This document shows, piece after piece, positions 50,122 through 60,872 of a DNA stretch of 64,000 nt; position 1 is the stretch's first letter; each line of letters starts with the position of its first letter. The notes below the pieces were generated by a model, which searched no databases, had not been told where the DNA came from, and saw nothing but the letters and a program-made list of their open reading frames with translations. The position numbers and the translations under genes were made by a program. The DNA comes from Candidatus Sumerlaeota bacterium (GTDB lineage Bacteria; Sumerlaeota; Sumerlaeia; Sumerlaeales; Sumerlaeaceae), in contig JADFCV010000002.1 of the NCBI GenBank assembly GCA_017161655.1, positions 218,778 to 282,777 of the forward strand, given 5' to 3'.

Positions 50122-50577
50122 CTACTGGCGCTCTTCGTAGCGACCGCCACGAGTCCAGTCGTCGTACTCATCCCAATACCAGTTGCTACGACTGGTTCCA
50201 CAATAATTTCCCCGTGGGTATTTCGCCTCTGTTTTATAATTTGGCCACAGGCGCGGATGGTAAAAAGGATAATACTTCGGGCTCAACCCTTCGTAGCGAT
50301 GGTACGAGGCGGGAAAATAATACGTTGGACCGTAATCGTTGTGCAACGCAAAGCCCTGTCCCACCCGCCGTTTTGGAACGGGAAGAGGCGCATCACGATC
50401 CACAGCAAAATCACCAGCAGGAGGGCCAATTTTCTTGGGGGCCACACGCGCGGGGCGCCCTGGTTCGCAAATGGCGGTGCCTCGCGGAAGTTCACCACCA
50501 GCCTGCACAAGACTCATACTTACCAACAGGCAGCCTGCCACCGTCAACATGCGACACGATGTCACACTCAGTTTCAT
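50122..50577 (-). CDS. Hypothetical secreted Tyr/Pro-rich protein
   Basis: Signal peptide ending VQA, AGGA SD; aromatic-rich C-terminal half. Confidence 0.6.
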   Translation of the reverse strand: MKLSVTSCRMLTVAGCLLVSMSLVQAGGELPRGTAICEPGRPARVAPKKIGPPAGDFAVDRDAPLPVPKRRVGQGFALHNDYGPTYYFPASYHRYEGLSPKYYPFYHPRLWPNYKTEAKYPRGNYCGTSRSNWYWDEYDDWTRGGRYEERQ

Positions 50578-50827
50578 TTTCTATCCTTTTTCTGCTGATA
50601 CACAGGAGACTAAGCCAGTGCCCCACCGGCGTTGTCAACTAGAGAACCAAACGACCGTGACACAATGTTGACACTCTTGCGGAATTATGCGTTTTGTGTC
50701 AGAGAAAAAGCTTGAGCCAGGAGCATGCAACCATGCATGCAAGTGGCACACACTTTGCCCACAAATTTCGGCGTCCGTGAGAATTGCCTTTGTGGACAAT
50801 GACCGAGAATGTTGACGAGGAACTGAT

Positions 50828-51520
50828 GTGATGACCACGGCTCGAACAATCGCCATCGGGTTGGGTGTTTTGTTTGTTCTGGGCGGACTGAGTGAGGACC
50901 TTGCATTTGCCCAATGCTCAAGCCCACCTATTCCGTTTTTCGATACAGCCAAATCCGGAGAGCGTCCCTCGCAGTATCAGCCGAATCAGATTTGTCCGCC
51001 ACGCCCCAAGGTGGATTTTACTGAGGAAGGGCAGCCGATCCTTATCAAACGTTACCCCATGAATAGCCGGCAGTCGATTCTCCACTTTCGCAAATATCCC
51101 TATTACGCGAACACGCAGGGAGTTGAACACGTCCAGCGTGGCAAGCGTTTAAAGCGCCAGCCAGAAGTTGTGCTCTCAGAAGATCAGAAGGCAATTCTCC
51201 GCAAGTGGGGGCAACCAGACTATCTCCGTGGTCCGTATCGCAGCACCCGCGGCGATTCTGTCGTCGAGTGGGTTTATCACCGGCTTAACCACTTGTTTCA
51301 GTTCGTAGACGGGACGATGGTCTACGAAGGGCCACTCACAGACCAGGAGCGAACCGTCCTCACCTACGGACTACCCCGTGAGATTCTATCAAGCACCGTG
51401 GCCCCTAACATCCGCCGTGAAACGTGGTTTTACAATTCCTCCTGGCATCCCAACAAAGAAATGGTTTTCAGCTTTGCCAATGGCAAGCTGGTGTTCTCTG
51501 ATGAGAACTACTCTCACTAA
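50828..51520 (+). CDS. Exported protein with two SmpA/BamE-like repeats
   Basis: Signal peptide; ILRKWGQP..EWVY..FQFVDG and VLTYGLP..ETWFY..FSFANGKLV. Confidence 0.6.
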   Translation: MMTTARTIAIGLGVLFVLGGLSEDLAFAQCSSPPIPFFDTAKSGERPSQYQPNQICPPRPKVDFTEEGQPILIKRYPMNSRQSILHFRKYPYYANTQGVEHVQRGKRLKRQPEVVLSEDQKAILRKWGQPDYLRGPYRSTRGDSVVEWVYHRLNHLFQFVDGTMVYEGPLTDQERTVLTYGLPREILSSTVAPNIRRETWFYNSSWHPNKEMVFSFANGKLVFSDENYSH

Positions 51521-51523
51521 CAA

Positions 51524-53134
51524 ATGTCACCGTTGGATGTTGCTTCGATTACGCGAAAGGACACAAACATGAGAGAATACCCCCATAAGATTTGGCTCTG
51601 CGATTTCTCAAGATTTGTGCTGCAGCTTCTCTTTCCTGCGCTCGTGATCACCTTTATCCAGTTCAGTGCAGAGCCGTTGCGAGCGCGTCCGGTCGAGGGG
51701 CGGCGCGAAGCGCTTGCTTTGCTCGCTGAGGGCCAGGAAAGCCTGAAGAATGGAAAAGTGTCGCAGGCCATCGAGCTTCTGCGTCGGTCGGTCGAAATTG
51801 CCCCTTCTCCCGCTGCTTACTACGCACTGGGGCAGGCACTGCGCAAAGCCGGACAAAAGGATGAGGCACGGTCCGCTTTCGAAAAAGCCGTGGAGCTCAA
51901 TCCTGCCTACGAATTGGCCAAACAGGCGTTGAAAGATCTCGAGAGCGCTGGGCCACACTCGGCAAATGATTCCACGAATTTTGATGCAGTTGTCAGTGAG
52001 CAAGAAACACTCGAATCTCTGAAAACCGGCGACCAGCCGGAGCGCTCTGAAGCTAAGCCCACGATCCTGGCGGTCGGAGCTCTACTTCCGAAACCAAAGA
52101 AACTCTTGGGCTCTGCGGCTCCCTCGATTCCATCTCCTCCCAATCAGGTTCGTGATGGGACCGCACGGGACGCCGTCATCCCGCAGCAGCCAGTCGAGGT
52201 AATACAAGAGGTTCCTGTTCGGGAAATCGTGACAGCATCCGTGGCGAAAAAACAAGAACGCGGACGCATTGCAACCACTGGGCGAGAGACCGCTGAAGAG
52301 TCAGCGACGAGTACACTTAAGAAATTCAGCTTGTGGCGTGGAAAAAAAGAACAGGGCGCGACCCCAGGCCAAAGGAGCGAGGAGAATAAGGTCGCGGGGC
52401 AACAGCCACAGGATGTGTCGAGGTCAGCTCAGAGTCGCTCCGAGCAAAACTCGAATGCGAGGACGACTGCTCCAGACGCTCGCGCCATCAATGAGGCGGC
52501 ATTCTCCTCTGACGAGCCAGAAAATCAAAAACCTGCAAAGCGCTATGGGAACCCCACAAAGATCCTTCTCGGAACGTTCGAATTCCACAAAGAGAAGGGT
52601 GATGCATATCGGCGGGCTCAGCGCTGGACGGAAGCGGCCGATGAGTATCAGGCGGCGTTAGAGAAAAATCCGGATGACGCAGAGACCCGGGCGATGTTGG
52701 CAGAGTGTCTGGCGCGGGCGGGCGAGGTCGATGTGGCCGAGGAACAGTTTCGCCGTGCGTTGGAGATGGATCCTGGCGATCCACGCGTTCTGTTCCGAAT
52801 GGGCAACACCTACCGACAGCTCAAACGCCTCGACGATGCCATTTCTGCGTATCGGAAGGCTCTTGCTGCGAATCCCAACGATGTTGTGATTCGCAACAAT
52901 CTTGGCGTCGTGTACATGGAAAAAGGCCAGTACGCGAAAGCTGCTCAGGAATTCAAAAAGGTTCTCGAGATTGATCCCAAATATGACAAAGCGGTACTGA
53001 ATCTCGGCATTCTCTACGACGAGCATTTAGGCGACAAGACACAAGCACTCCAGTATTATCAACGCTACGTGCAAATGGGGGCGCCACGCGCGCGTGAAGT
53101 CCAACGGTGGGTGGAAGAGCTTCAAAACAAATGA
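51524..53134 (+). CDS. TPR-repeat protein with central low-complexity linker
   Basis: AYYALGQAL..AFEKAVELNP; further repeats ALEKNPDD, ALEMDP, NNLGVVY, LNLGILY. Confidence 0.88.
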   Translation: MSPLDVASITRKDTNMREYPHKIWLCDFSRFVLQLLFPALVITFIQFSAEPLRARPVEGRREALALLAEGQESLKNGKVSQAIELLRRSVEIAPSPAAYYALGQALRKAGQKDEARSAFEKAVELNPAYELAKQALKDLESAGPHSANDSTNFDAVVSEQETLESLKTGDQPERSEAKPTILAVGALLPKPKKLLGSAAPSIPSPPNQVRDGTARDAVIPQQPVEVIQEVPVREIVTASVAKKQERGRIATTGRETAEESATSTLKKFSLWRGKKEQGATPGQRSEENKVAGQQPQDVSRSAQSRSEQNSNARTTAPDARAINEAAFSSDEPENQKPAKRYGNPTKILLGTFEFHKEKGDAYRRAQRWTEAADEYQAALEKNPDDAETRAMLAECLARAGEVDVAEEQFRRALEMDPGDPRVLFRMGNTYRQLKRLDDAISAYRKALAANPNDVVIRNNLGVVYMEKGQYAKAAQEFKKVLEIDPKYDKAVLNLGILYDEHLGDKTQALQYYQRYVQMGAPRAREVQRWVEELQNK

Positions 53135-53201
53135 GCTGGGATATGCTCCCCACATGGTCTCGTGCAGAACACACGATAAAGCTGTAGGAGGTTTGTCTTC
53201 G

Positions 53202-54506
53202 ATGAAACAGGCCTGTAATCATCGCACTACCGGTGGAGTCCTTGCGTTTCTTGTTCTGGGCAGTTTAGCGTTGTCCGGTGTTGTCTTTGCGCAGCAAAGA
53301 CCCGGCCAGAGTGCTGACACGTCTCGAGTAGCTTCTGATGCAGCACGTCGTTACGTCTTACGAGGAACGACGACACCTTTGTTCCGAAAAGCCCCAGTGA
53401 CCTCAGCTCCCTCTATTTTGAATCGGCGCCTTGCCACTACAGGCCCTCTAACCCGCGCTGCAATGACCACGGAAGCACTGATGCGCGCGCGACTTGCGCA
53501 GCAAGCCGAACGACAAAAGTTTGTGAGATCAGTCGCCCCAATGACAACTGCTGCACTGCGTGCTTTCGTGACACCAACAAGTGCGCCCCAATCACTTCAG
53601 CGAGTCATTTCGCTTCTCCACAGCAGCAATCGCCGCTCTACGGTTGAGACCTGTCATTGCCCCGCTCATCCTCTTGGCGGAATTGACCGCGAAGCGCGGG
53701 TCGTTGACGAGATTGAAGCCAGCGGACAGCCATGCATACTTGTAGATGCAGGTGGCTACCTGCGTTTGCCGCCTAACGAACGCAGCAAACAAGGAGCCGC
53801 CATCGCGCTGGAGGCCATTACGAAAATGGGTACCCATGCGGTCAATGTCGGAATCACCGATCTTTCCGCCGGCTCCAAATTTCTGCGCGATCTCGAAACC
53901 TCCTTTTCGGTCCCGTTCGTCTCAACCAATGTTCTGACAAAGGAGGGAAAACAGCTATTTCCGGCCTATCGACTTGTTCCAGTTCGCCTTCTTGACGGAA
54001 AGAAGGTGACAGTGGCCGTTGTCGGTGTAACGCGTCCGAACAAAGCCGACGAAAATTCTCCGCGCTTGGGAACTGTCCCTGACGATGTGACGATCGGGGA
54101 CCCAAAAGAGGCCCTAGAGCGTACCATCCCCGACGTGCGGAAGAAAGCCGACCTCGTCATTCTTTTGGCGTACTATACGCGGGAAGATGCTCCGAGCTTT
54201 GTTGCTTCATTGTCTCCTAAAGCGCGCCCTGACGTTGTGGTGTGCGGGGATTTCACTGTGGGACAACGTCGCGAATACTACCTTGCCAATCTAACTCAGG
54301 TTGATGGGCTTTACTATCTTACCGGCGGTTATGAGGGACGTCAGCTGGGGCACACGATGCTCGAACTCGACAAGAAAAACACAGTCGTAAGTGCAAGCTC
54401 AAAGCTTATCGAAATCGAGCAATCCATTCCACCTAACTCGAGCTTTACACCGTTTGTTGAGCAATATCAAAAGCGCATGTCGAACTTACTTATGGAAGGT
54501 AAGTAA
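53202..54506 (+). CDS. Exported UshA/5'-nucleotidase-fold (metallophosphoesterase-like) protein, divergent
   Basis: LLHSSN..ETCHC..LGGIDR, ILVDAGG, NVGITD, PFVSTNV, VAVVGV, ADLVILLA; start ATG 53202 after AGGAGG. Confidence 0.72.
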   Translation: MKQACNHRTTGGVLAFLVLGSLALSGVVFAQQRPGQSADTSRVASDAARRYVLRGTTTPLFRKAPVTSAPSILNRRLATTGPLTRAAMTTEALMRARLAQQAERQKFVRSVAPMTTAALRAFVTPTSAPQSLQRVISLLHSSNRRSTVETCHCPAHPLGGIDREARVVDEIEASGQPCILVDAGGYLRLPPNERSKQGAAIALEAITKMGTHAVNVGITDLSAGSKFLRDLETSFSVPFVSTNVLTKEGKQLFPAYRLVPVRLLDGKKVTVAVVGVTRPNKADENSPRLGTVPDDVTIGDPKEALERTIPDVRKKADLVILLAYYTREDAPSFVASLSPKARPDVVVCGDFTVGQRREYYLANLTQVDGLYYLTGGYEGRQLGHTMLELDKKNTVVSASSKLIEIEQSIPPNSSFTPFVEQYQKRMSNLLMEGK

Positions 54507-54733
54507 GCCCTTTGCGTTCCTAATTCAAACGTTTCCAATATGATTTCATCGTGACTTTTTTGAAACTCGATGAATACCGAAGCGGAAATTTGGTTTTCGG
54601 GGACGTGAAAGCGCTCACTTTCTAGCACTGACGTGAGAAGCACCATCAGGTGCTTATTCTGTATCAGTGCAAGAAAAGATGAGCACGACGGGGCATCATA
54701 CGCCTCACATTCCATTTCAAGAGAAAGGAAGCT

Positions 54734-56920
54734 ATGACACCGCAGGCACTCTTCTACGTCGTAATGGCCATTTCGGTCCTGGGACTCGTTGTTTCGTTCA
54801 TTCTTGCCAAATGGGTACTCGCCCATGACACCGGCACTGATGCAATGCGCGTTATATCTGACGCCATCAAAGAAGGCGCAGAGGCGTTTTTGAAGCGCCA
54901 ATACAAGACCATCTTTGCTTTGTCCATCGTGCTCGCCGTCCTGCTTGCAGCCTTCTACTATCATGAGAAAGGCTCCGAGCTTGCAGTGCGGACACTCGTT
55001 TCCTTCCTCTTTGGCGCATTTTGTTCTGGTTTTGCCGGTTTTATCGGCATGTACATTTCGATTCGCTCGAACATCCGTACCGCGTCCGCAGCCACCAAGG
55101 ACCTCAACAGCGCCCTTCGGATTGCTTTGCGCGGTGGTGCCGTCTCCGGCATTATGGTGGTAGCGATGTCTCTTCTTGGTGTGGGGCTTCTCTTCTGGTT
55201 TTTTGACGGATTGAAGCATCCCGATACCGTCCCTCTCCAGATCGTGGGCTACGGTTTTGGAGCCTCCTTCGTGGCCCTTTTTGCTCAGCTTGGTGGTGGA
55301 ATCTATACCAAAGCCGCCGACGTCGGTGCTGACCTGGTCGGTAAAGTTGAGGCGGGCATCCCCGAAGATGATCCGCGAAATCCCGCCGTTATTGCAGACC
55401 TTGTTGGCGATAACGTGGGTGACTGTGCAGGCCGTGGCGCGGACCTCTTTGAATCTACCGCTGCGGAAAACATCGGCGCTATGATCCTCGGAATCGCCCT
55501 TTACAAGATCACTGGTGATCATGGGCCAGTCTTCGGTCTCGGCGCAATTATCTTTCCGTTGTTTGCGCGTGCGCTCGGACTGATCGCCTCCATCGTGGGT
55601 GTTTATTCCGTCAAGGTGAAGGGTAGCGAAGACGCTGGTTGGGAAGATCCGATGGCAGCTCTTAATCGCGGCTACCTTGTCACCACCATTCTGGCCATCA
55701 TCGGTTTCTACATTGCTGTCCATCTCCTCTTGAAAGGCGAAATTTTCTTCTTCCTCGCCGGCCTCGTTGGAATTCTTTGCTCCTATGCTTTTGTGTGGAT
55801 CACTCAGTACTACACTGAGTACCGCTACCGGCCGGTGCGCTGGATCGCAGACTCATGTCAGACCGGACCTGCAACAACGATCATCAGTGGTCTTTCCGTC
55901 GGCATGGAATGCACAGCTATTCCAGTTTTGGTGATTTCGGCCGCCCTCATGCTGACCTATAAATTTGGCCAGCTTGGGATGCTCTCCGTGCTTGGGGGCT
56001 GGGCCGGACTTGAAAAAGCCGGAATTTCGCCCACGGCAGCCGGTCTTTATGGCACCGCCATCGCAACGATGGGTATGCTCTCAACCGCCGCCTATATTCT
56101 GGCGATGGATACCTTTGGCCCCATCACAGACAACGCCGGTGGCATTGTTGAAATGAGTCAGCAGCCCGAAAGCATTCGTGAGAAAACAGACCGTCTGGAT
56201 GCCGTTGGTAACACGACCAAGGCACTCACAAAAGGTTACGCCGTGGGCTCCGCTGCTCTCGCGGCTTTCCTCCTTTTCCAGGCCTATATCGATGAGGTGA
56301 ACGAGTACCTGAAGCACGCTGGAAAAGCGATCATGACGACTGTTGACCTGGGCCATGTTCCGGTGTTTGTCGGCGGCATGATCGGGGCCATGCTTGTGTT
56401 CCTTTTCTCAGCTTTGGCCATCCGTGCGGTTGGGCGTGCCGCTCAGTCGGTGATCGTCGAAGTGCGTCGCCAGTTCCGGGAGAAACCTGGCATCATGAAA
56501 GGCACTGAGAAGCCAGACTATGCCACTTGTGTGGACATCGTGACAAAAGCGGCTCTGCGGCAGATGGTTTTCCCTGGCATCTTGCCAGTAGTGGTTCCAG
56601 CAGCGCTCGGTTTCGGTCTGAAGTTCTTCACGAAAGAAGGCGTGGCTCCCCAGGCTGTTGCTGCACTCCTCATGGTCGGAACCATTGGCGGCATTTTGAT
56701 GGCCCTCTTTATGAATAACGGTGGTGGAGCGTGGGACAACGCGAAGAAATACATCGAGACCGGCGCCTATGGCGGGAAGGGCAGCGATGCTCACAAAGCC
56801 GCAGTTGTTGGCGATACGGTCGGCGATCCCTTTAAGGATACCGCCGGGCCATCCCTCCACGTGCTTATCAAGCTTCTAAGCACCATCACCCTCGTGTTGG
56901 CTCCGCTCTTCATCCGCTAA
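54734..56920 (+). CDS. hppA: Membrane-bound pyrophosphatase, predicted K+-independent H+ pump
   Basis: [51 protein letters not shown] (Lys = K+-independent determinant), [14 protein letters not shown]. Confidence 0.96.
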   Translation: MTPQALFYVVMAISVLGLVVSFILAKWVLAHDTGTDAMRVISDAIKEGAEAFLKRQYKTIFALSIVLAVLLAAFYYHEKGSELAVRTLVSFLFGAFCSGFAGFIGMYISIRSNIRTASAATKDLNSALRIALRGGAVSGIMVVAMSLLGVGLLFWFFDGLKHPDTVPLQIVGYGFGASFVALFAQLGGGIYTKAADVGADLVGKVEAGIPEDDPRNPAVIADLVGDNVGDCAGRGADLFESTAAENIGAMILGIALYKITGDHGPVFGLGAIIFPLFARALGLIASIVGVYSVKVKGSEDAGWEDPMAALNRGYLVTTILAIIGFYIAVHLLLKGEIFFFLAGLVGILCSYAFVWITQYYTEYRYRPVRWIADSCQTGPATTIISGLSVGMECTAIPVLVISAALMLTYKFGQLGMLSVLGGWAGLEKAGISPTAAGLYGTAIATMGMLSTAAYILAMDTFGPITDNAGGIVEMSQQPESIREKTDRLDAVGNTTKALTKGYAVGSAALAAFLLFQAYIDEVNEYLKHAGKAIMTTVDLGHVPVFVGGMIGAMLVFLFSALAIRAVGRAAQSVIVEVRRQFREKPGIMKGTEKPDYATCVDIVTKAALRQMVFPGILPVVVPAALGFGLKFFTKEGVAPQAVAALLMVGTIGGILMALFMNNGGGAWDNAKKYIETGAYGGKGSDAHKAAVVGDTVGDPFKDTAGPSLHVLIKLLSTITLVLAPLFIR

Positions 56921-56945
56921 CCGAAGTCAGATGTTCATGGTGTTA

Positions 56946-56981
56946 GCCCGGCTTCAACCCTGTGTTGAAGCCGGGCATTTT
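56946..56981 (+). terminator. Intrinsic terminator after hppA
   Basis: 13-bp perfect stem GCCCGGCTTCAAC/GTTGAAGCCGGGC followed by ATTTT. Confidence 0.85.
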
Positions 56982-57154
56982 CGTGAAGTGGGACATCTTT
57001 TCGCAGCTGGGTCAGATTCGAAAAATTGTGCTTTTTCGGGGAAACGGTCCCGATGTTCGGGTCTTGACCCTGTTAAAGTTGTCCCCGCTCCCTGTTAGGG
57101 AAAAGTCTTGGTAGTCAGCGAGTAGTCGAGTACCATCGAAGGAGGGACCTACTC

Positions 57155-58387
57155 TTGCGATTTGAGCCGTTCATTGCGCGGCGCTATCTTTTTAGCGGCC
57201 ATCACAAAGCACTTCTTTCAGCAATCACGCTAATCTCCATAGGCGGTGTCGCCGTGGGGGTTTTTGCGCTCATAGTTGTCATCGCCGTCATGGAAGGCTT
57301 TGATCGCAATTTGGTCGAAAAAATTATCGGCGCGTATGCTCACATCGAAATTGTGCGCGCAAGCACCGACTCCCCGCCCGTAGTGCCCGCGAAAATGCTA
57401 ACAACCATCGAAAAACTCCCGGGTGTTAAGGCGGTCGGCCCTGTTATTATGCGGCAGGCTCTCTTGCAAGTTATTCCCGGTGAAGGTGAAGAACCTCGCC
57501 AAACTGCCGTCTTCGTTCAAGGGGTGGACCTGGAACGCGAGCGCCACATTACGAAGCTCATGGATAAGGTCAGTGGCAAAGCGATGCCTGACCACGGAGA
57601 AATTGTGATCGGGAAAAAAGTCGCACAAAGACTTTATATTCCTCTCGGCACTCGCGTGACCGTTTTCTCGCCTGTCTTTGTACGCACACCAACTGGTGGG
57701 ACTGCCCTTGCTAGAAACGCTGTCGTGGCGGGGATTTTCGACTCCGGTTTTCCAGAAGCTGACGAGATGATCGCTTACACCGATCTCGAAACTGCCCGTG
57801 CACTCTTTATGGTACCAGAAGACGAAGTTGACGGCCTCCATCTCGTGGTGGACGATCCTCAAAAAGTTGATCAGGTGAAACGTCTCGTCCAGGAAGCTGT
57901 CGGCCCGGCCTACCTTGTCACGACGTGGCGAGAGCGCAACCCCGTCCTGTTCGATGCTCTGGTCTTGGAAAAATGGGCTATGTTCATCATCTTGCTGCTG
58001 ATCGTTCTCGTCGCCTCCTTCAACATTGTCGGAACTCTTATCATGGTCGTCATTGAGAAAACGCGCGAGATTGGCATTCTCAAATCCATGGGGGCGACAG
58101 AAGACGCCATCATGCGCATATTTGTCTTTCAGGGACTGTTCATCGGCGGGATCGGGACTCTACTGGGCGCGGTAGGCGGCCTTTCGACATGTTATCTTCT
58201 TCAAAATCACATTCGTATCGACATCCTATCTGAAGCCTATCTTTCTGACCGCATTCCCATCCTCATAAATACGCAGTGGAACATCCTCATCATCCTTTCC
58301 GCTCTGGCCATCTGCCTCATCACCTCACTTTATCCAGCGCGCCAGGCCGCAAAACTCGATCCCGTGGAGGCTCTCCGCTATGAGTGA
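57155..58387 (+). CDS. lolE: Lipoprotein-releasing ABC permease, LolC/E family
   Basis: [58 protein letters not shown]. Confidence 0.9.
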   Translation: MRFEPFIARRYLFSGHHKALLSAITLISIGGVAVGVFALIVVIAVMEGFDRNLVEKIIGAYAHIEIVRASTDSPPVVPAKMLTTIEKLPGVKAVGPVIMRQALLQVIPGEGEEPRQTAVFVQGVDLERERHITKLMDKVSGKAMPDHGEIVIGKKVAQRLYIPLGTRVTVFSPVFVRTPTGGTALARNAVVAGIFDSGFPEADEMIAYTDLETARALFMVPEDEVDGLHLVVDDPQKVDQVKRLVQEAVGPAYLVTTWRERNPVLFDALVLEKWAMFIILLLIVLVASFNIVGTLIMVVIEKTREIGILKSMGATEDAIMRIFVFQGLFIGGIGTLLGAVGGLSTCYLLQNHIRIDILSEAYLSDRIPILINTQWNILIILSALAICLITSLYPARQAAKLDPVEALRYE

Positions 58388-59084
58388 ACCAGCAAGCTCG
58401 CGTGAACTTATCCTGAAGGCGGAAAATGTCGAGAAACATTATCGTGATGGTGAGCGCTTGCTGAAAGTTCTCCGTGGGGCTTCACTGGAAGTCTACGCAG
58501 GTGAGATTGTCTCCATTGTTGGGGCAAGTGGCTCAGGAAAAAGTACGCTTCTTCACTTACTAGGCGCTCTAGACCGCGCCACTTCTGGGACAATCCTTTT
58601 CCGAGGTCGTGACTATTCAACGATGTCAAACGCTGAGCTCGCGGCTCTGCGCAACCGCTCAATTGGTTTCATCTTCCAATTTCACCATCTTCTTTCGGAG
58701 TTCTCCGCTCGCGAGAATGTGATCATCCCTGGGCTGATCGCGGGACGGCCACAAGACGAACTCATCGCGCTTGCGGACCGACGGTTAGGCGAACTTGGCT
58801 TGTCCGACCGTTTGCATCATCGCCCGGCCAAATTGTCGGGAGGCGAACAACAGCGTGTGGCTCTGGCCCGCGCTCTCATCAATGATCCGGATCTTGTCCT
58901 GGCTGATGAGCCGACGGGAAATCTTGACGCGGAATCTGCAGCCACGGTCATCGATTTGCTGTGGAGCAACGTCCGAGATAATCATCGAGCTCTCGTCATT
59001 GTTACTCACGATCCCGAAATCGCACGCCGTGCCGACCGGTGTCTGCGGTTGCGTGATGGGCGACTTTTTCCCGAAACAGCATAG
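58380..59084 (+). CDS. lolD: Lipoprotein-releasing ABC ATPase
   Basis: [36 protein letters not shown]; coupled to lolC/E. Confidence 0.92.
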   Translation: MSEPASSRELILKAENVEKHYRDGERLLKVLRGASLEVYAGEIVSIVGASGSGKSTLLHLLGALDRATSGTILFRGRDYSTMSNAELAALRNRSIGFIFQFHHLLSEFSARENVIIPGLIAGRPQDELIALADRRLGELGLSDRLHHRPAKLSGGEQQRVALARALINDPDLVLADEPTGNLDAESAATVIDLLWSNVRDNHRALVIVTHDPEIARRADRCLRLRDGRLFPETA

Positions 59085-59225
59085 CTCATGAATGCGTTCG
59101 CATGGCGCTTTTTATTTAGAAGCCGGGTGCGCAAGCTAGGGTTCATTGTCTTAAAATCTGAGTGAAGATTGTGCGCTCTGCAATCCTACGCGAGGATTTC
59201 GTGACACGAAAACAGGACGAAAATC

Positions 59226-60872
59226 ATGGTTAGAAGAAATTTGCTCATTGCCCTTTTACTCATCCTCTCTCCAGCCATTTTTGCCGAAGAGTACGAAATT
59301 GTCATCGAGTCAGGAGCTGGGGGACAGAACAGAGAGTGGTTTGCTACTGTCGAAGGGAATTGGATGGAGAGTGCAAGTAAAAGTAAGGCGCCAGGACTCA
59401 CTGCGACCAAAGCTCTGTTCAAACAAGCGGGAACGCCTGGTGTTGCACGTTTTACGCCAGATATTCCCGTCGCCGGAGAGTATGAAGTTTTTGCCACTTA
59501 TCCAGATTCGGGCAATGCGGTCGGAGTCATCTACCATGTTCATTCAGCCAGTGGTGACGCCGATGTTGTCATAGACCAGCGGGGACGCGACGACCGCGCG
59601 AAGCCCCGTGCAAACACGTGGTTCTCGCTTGGAAAGTTCAAGTTCAACAAAGGAAAAGATGGTTACGTTGAGGTCCGTGACCCGCAAACCGGCAAAGCAG
59701 CAAACGAAAAAGAACCAAACGTTAGAATTTACGCTGACGCTGTCAAGTTCATCCCTCTAGGTTTTGCACTTCCGCCACAGTTTGCCGCAAAAAAGGCGAG
59801 CGGCAGTACCGCCGGTTCCTCCCTCGCCAATCTGCCGGCGACTCCCGCACCAAGTGCTGCGCCCCAATTGCCCTTGCCCCAGCCCACTGTTGCGTCGAGC
59901 GTGCCTCCCCTCGCGCAAGCTGCGGCGGCGTCTGGTCCGGCGAACTTACCCTCTCAAGCCTTACCGTCGCTAGGGCAGGCTTCCACCGCTCAGGCAGCCA
60001 CGCCCAGCTTACCCCAGCTTTCGAGCACTATGCCATCTCTTTCTTCTTTGCCCGCGGAGCAAACGCCTTCGCTGCCTGGCGTAAGCGGCTCTTCGACCCA
60101 AGTGGCCGGTCCTCCCTCTTTGCCTGCGCTTAGCAGCACGCCTGCTTCGCAGGCGGCATCGTCCGTAGCGCCAAGCCTTCCTGCTCTTGGATCTGCGGAA
60201 AATGTCCCGTCTGCTCCAGCGGCAATGCCCGCCCTACCGGCGGCAGGCAGTGGCCCCGCGAGTCAGCCGGGTGCCGTCGTCGCAGCGGGCCAGGCCCCTG
60301 CTTTGCCGGTTTTAGGAGCACCGCCGGCTCCGCCATCGTCCGAAGCCACTCCGACCCAGGCGGGTTCGGCTATTCCGGCGCTTCAGCCGCTTTCACCAAA
60401 CGCGCCGCCACCGCCGCAACTTCCCCCTGTGGGCGATATGCAGGCTGGACTGCCACCGGTGCCTCCGGCGCAGCTCACTCCCTCTTCGCCTGCACCTGGA
60501 TCAACAGGCGTGCAAGCACCGCCCTCTTCTGATGGACTCTCATGGATTTACGATGAGGGAACGGCTCACTCCGTGGCGCGGAGCCAGAATAAAAAAGTAC
60601 TCGTCTTCTTCGTGGCCGACGGCAATCGTGACGTCCAGAAATATGAATCCGAGTATTTTAAGCACCCTGCTGTGCGCGAGGTACTGACAAACTTTGTGCT
60701 CCACAAGGTCAATTTCCCATTGAACACCAAGGCAGCGTACAAAGTGAAAGTTTACGGAGCTGGAGCCATTGCCGTAACTGACGGGTATGGGGACCGAATC
60801 GGAGGCGTGCCGCACATTCCTCCAACCCCAGAGGACCTGGCAAAAGAGCTGCGGGAACTTGCGGCCAAGTAG
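59226..60872 (+). CDS. Secreted protein: golvesin/CBM-like beta-sandwich + Pro/Ala/Ser linker + thioredoxin-like domain
   Basis: Signal peptide; GEYEVFATYP..NA..Y.V..DQR..WFSLGKF..ADAVKF; about 250-aa low-complexity linker; ARSQNKKVLVFF..F..P.V...L.NFV..KV. Confidence 0.65.
   Translation: MVRRNLLIALLLILSPAIFAEEYEIVIESGAGGQNREWFATVEGNWMESASKSKAPGLTATKALFKQAGTPGVARFTPDIPVAGEYEVFATYPDSGNAVGVIYHVHSASGDADVVIDQRGRDDRAKPRANTWFSLGKFKFNKGKDGYVEVRDPQTGKAANEKEPNVRIYADAVKFIPLGFALPPQFAAKKASGSTAGSSLANLPATPAPSAAPQLPLPQPTVASSVPPLAQAAAASGPANLPSQALPSLGQASTAQAATPSLPQLSSTMPSLSSLPAEQTPSLPGVSGSSTQVAGPPSLPALSSTPASQAASSVAPSLPALGSAENVPSAPAAMPALPAAGSGPASQPGAVVAAGQAPALPVLGAPPAPPSSEATPTQAGSAIPALQPLSPNAPPPPQLPPVGDMQAGLPPVPPAQLTPSSPAPGSTGVQAPPSSDGLSWIYDEGTAHSVARSQNKKVLVFFVADGNRDVQKYESEYFKHPAVREVLTNFVLHKVNFPLNTKAAYKVKVYGAGAIAVTDGYGDRIGGVPHIPPTPEDLAKELRELAAK

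Noticed and set aside
53652-53660. Possible selenocysteine recoding in the UshA-like gene
   Set aside because: Codons are TGT-CAT-TGC; there is no in-frame TGA.
54467-55723. 418-aa antisense ORF over hppA
   Set aside because: Shadow frame of a highly conserved gene; no recognisable motifs.
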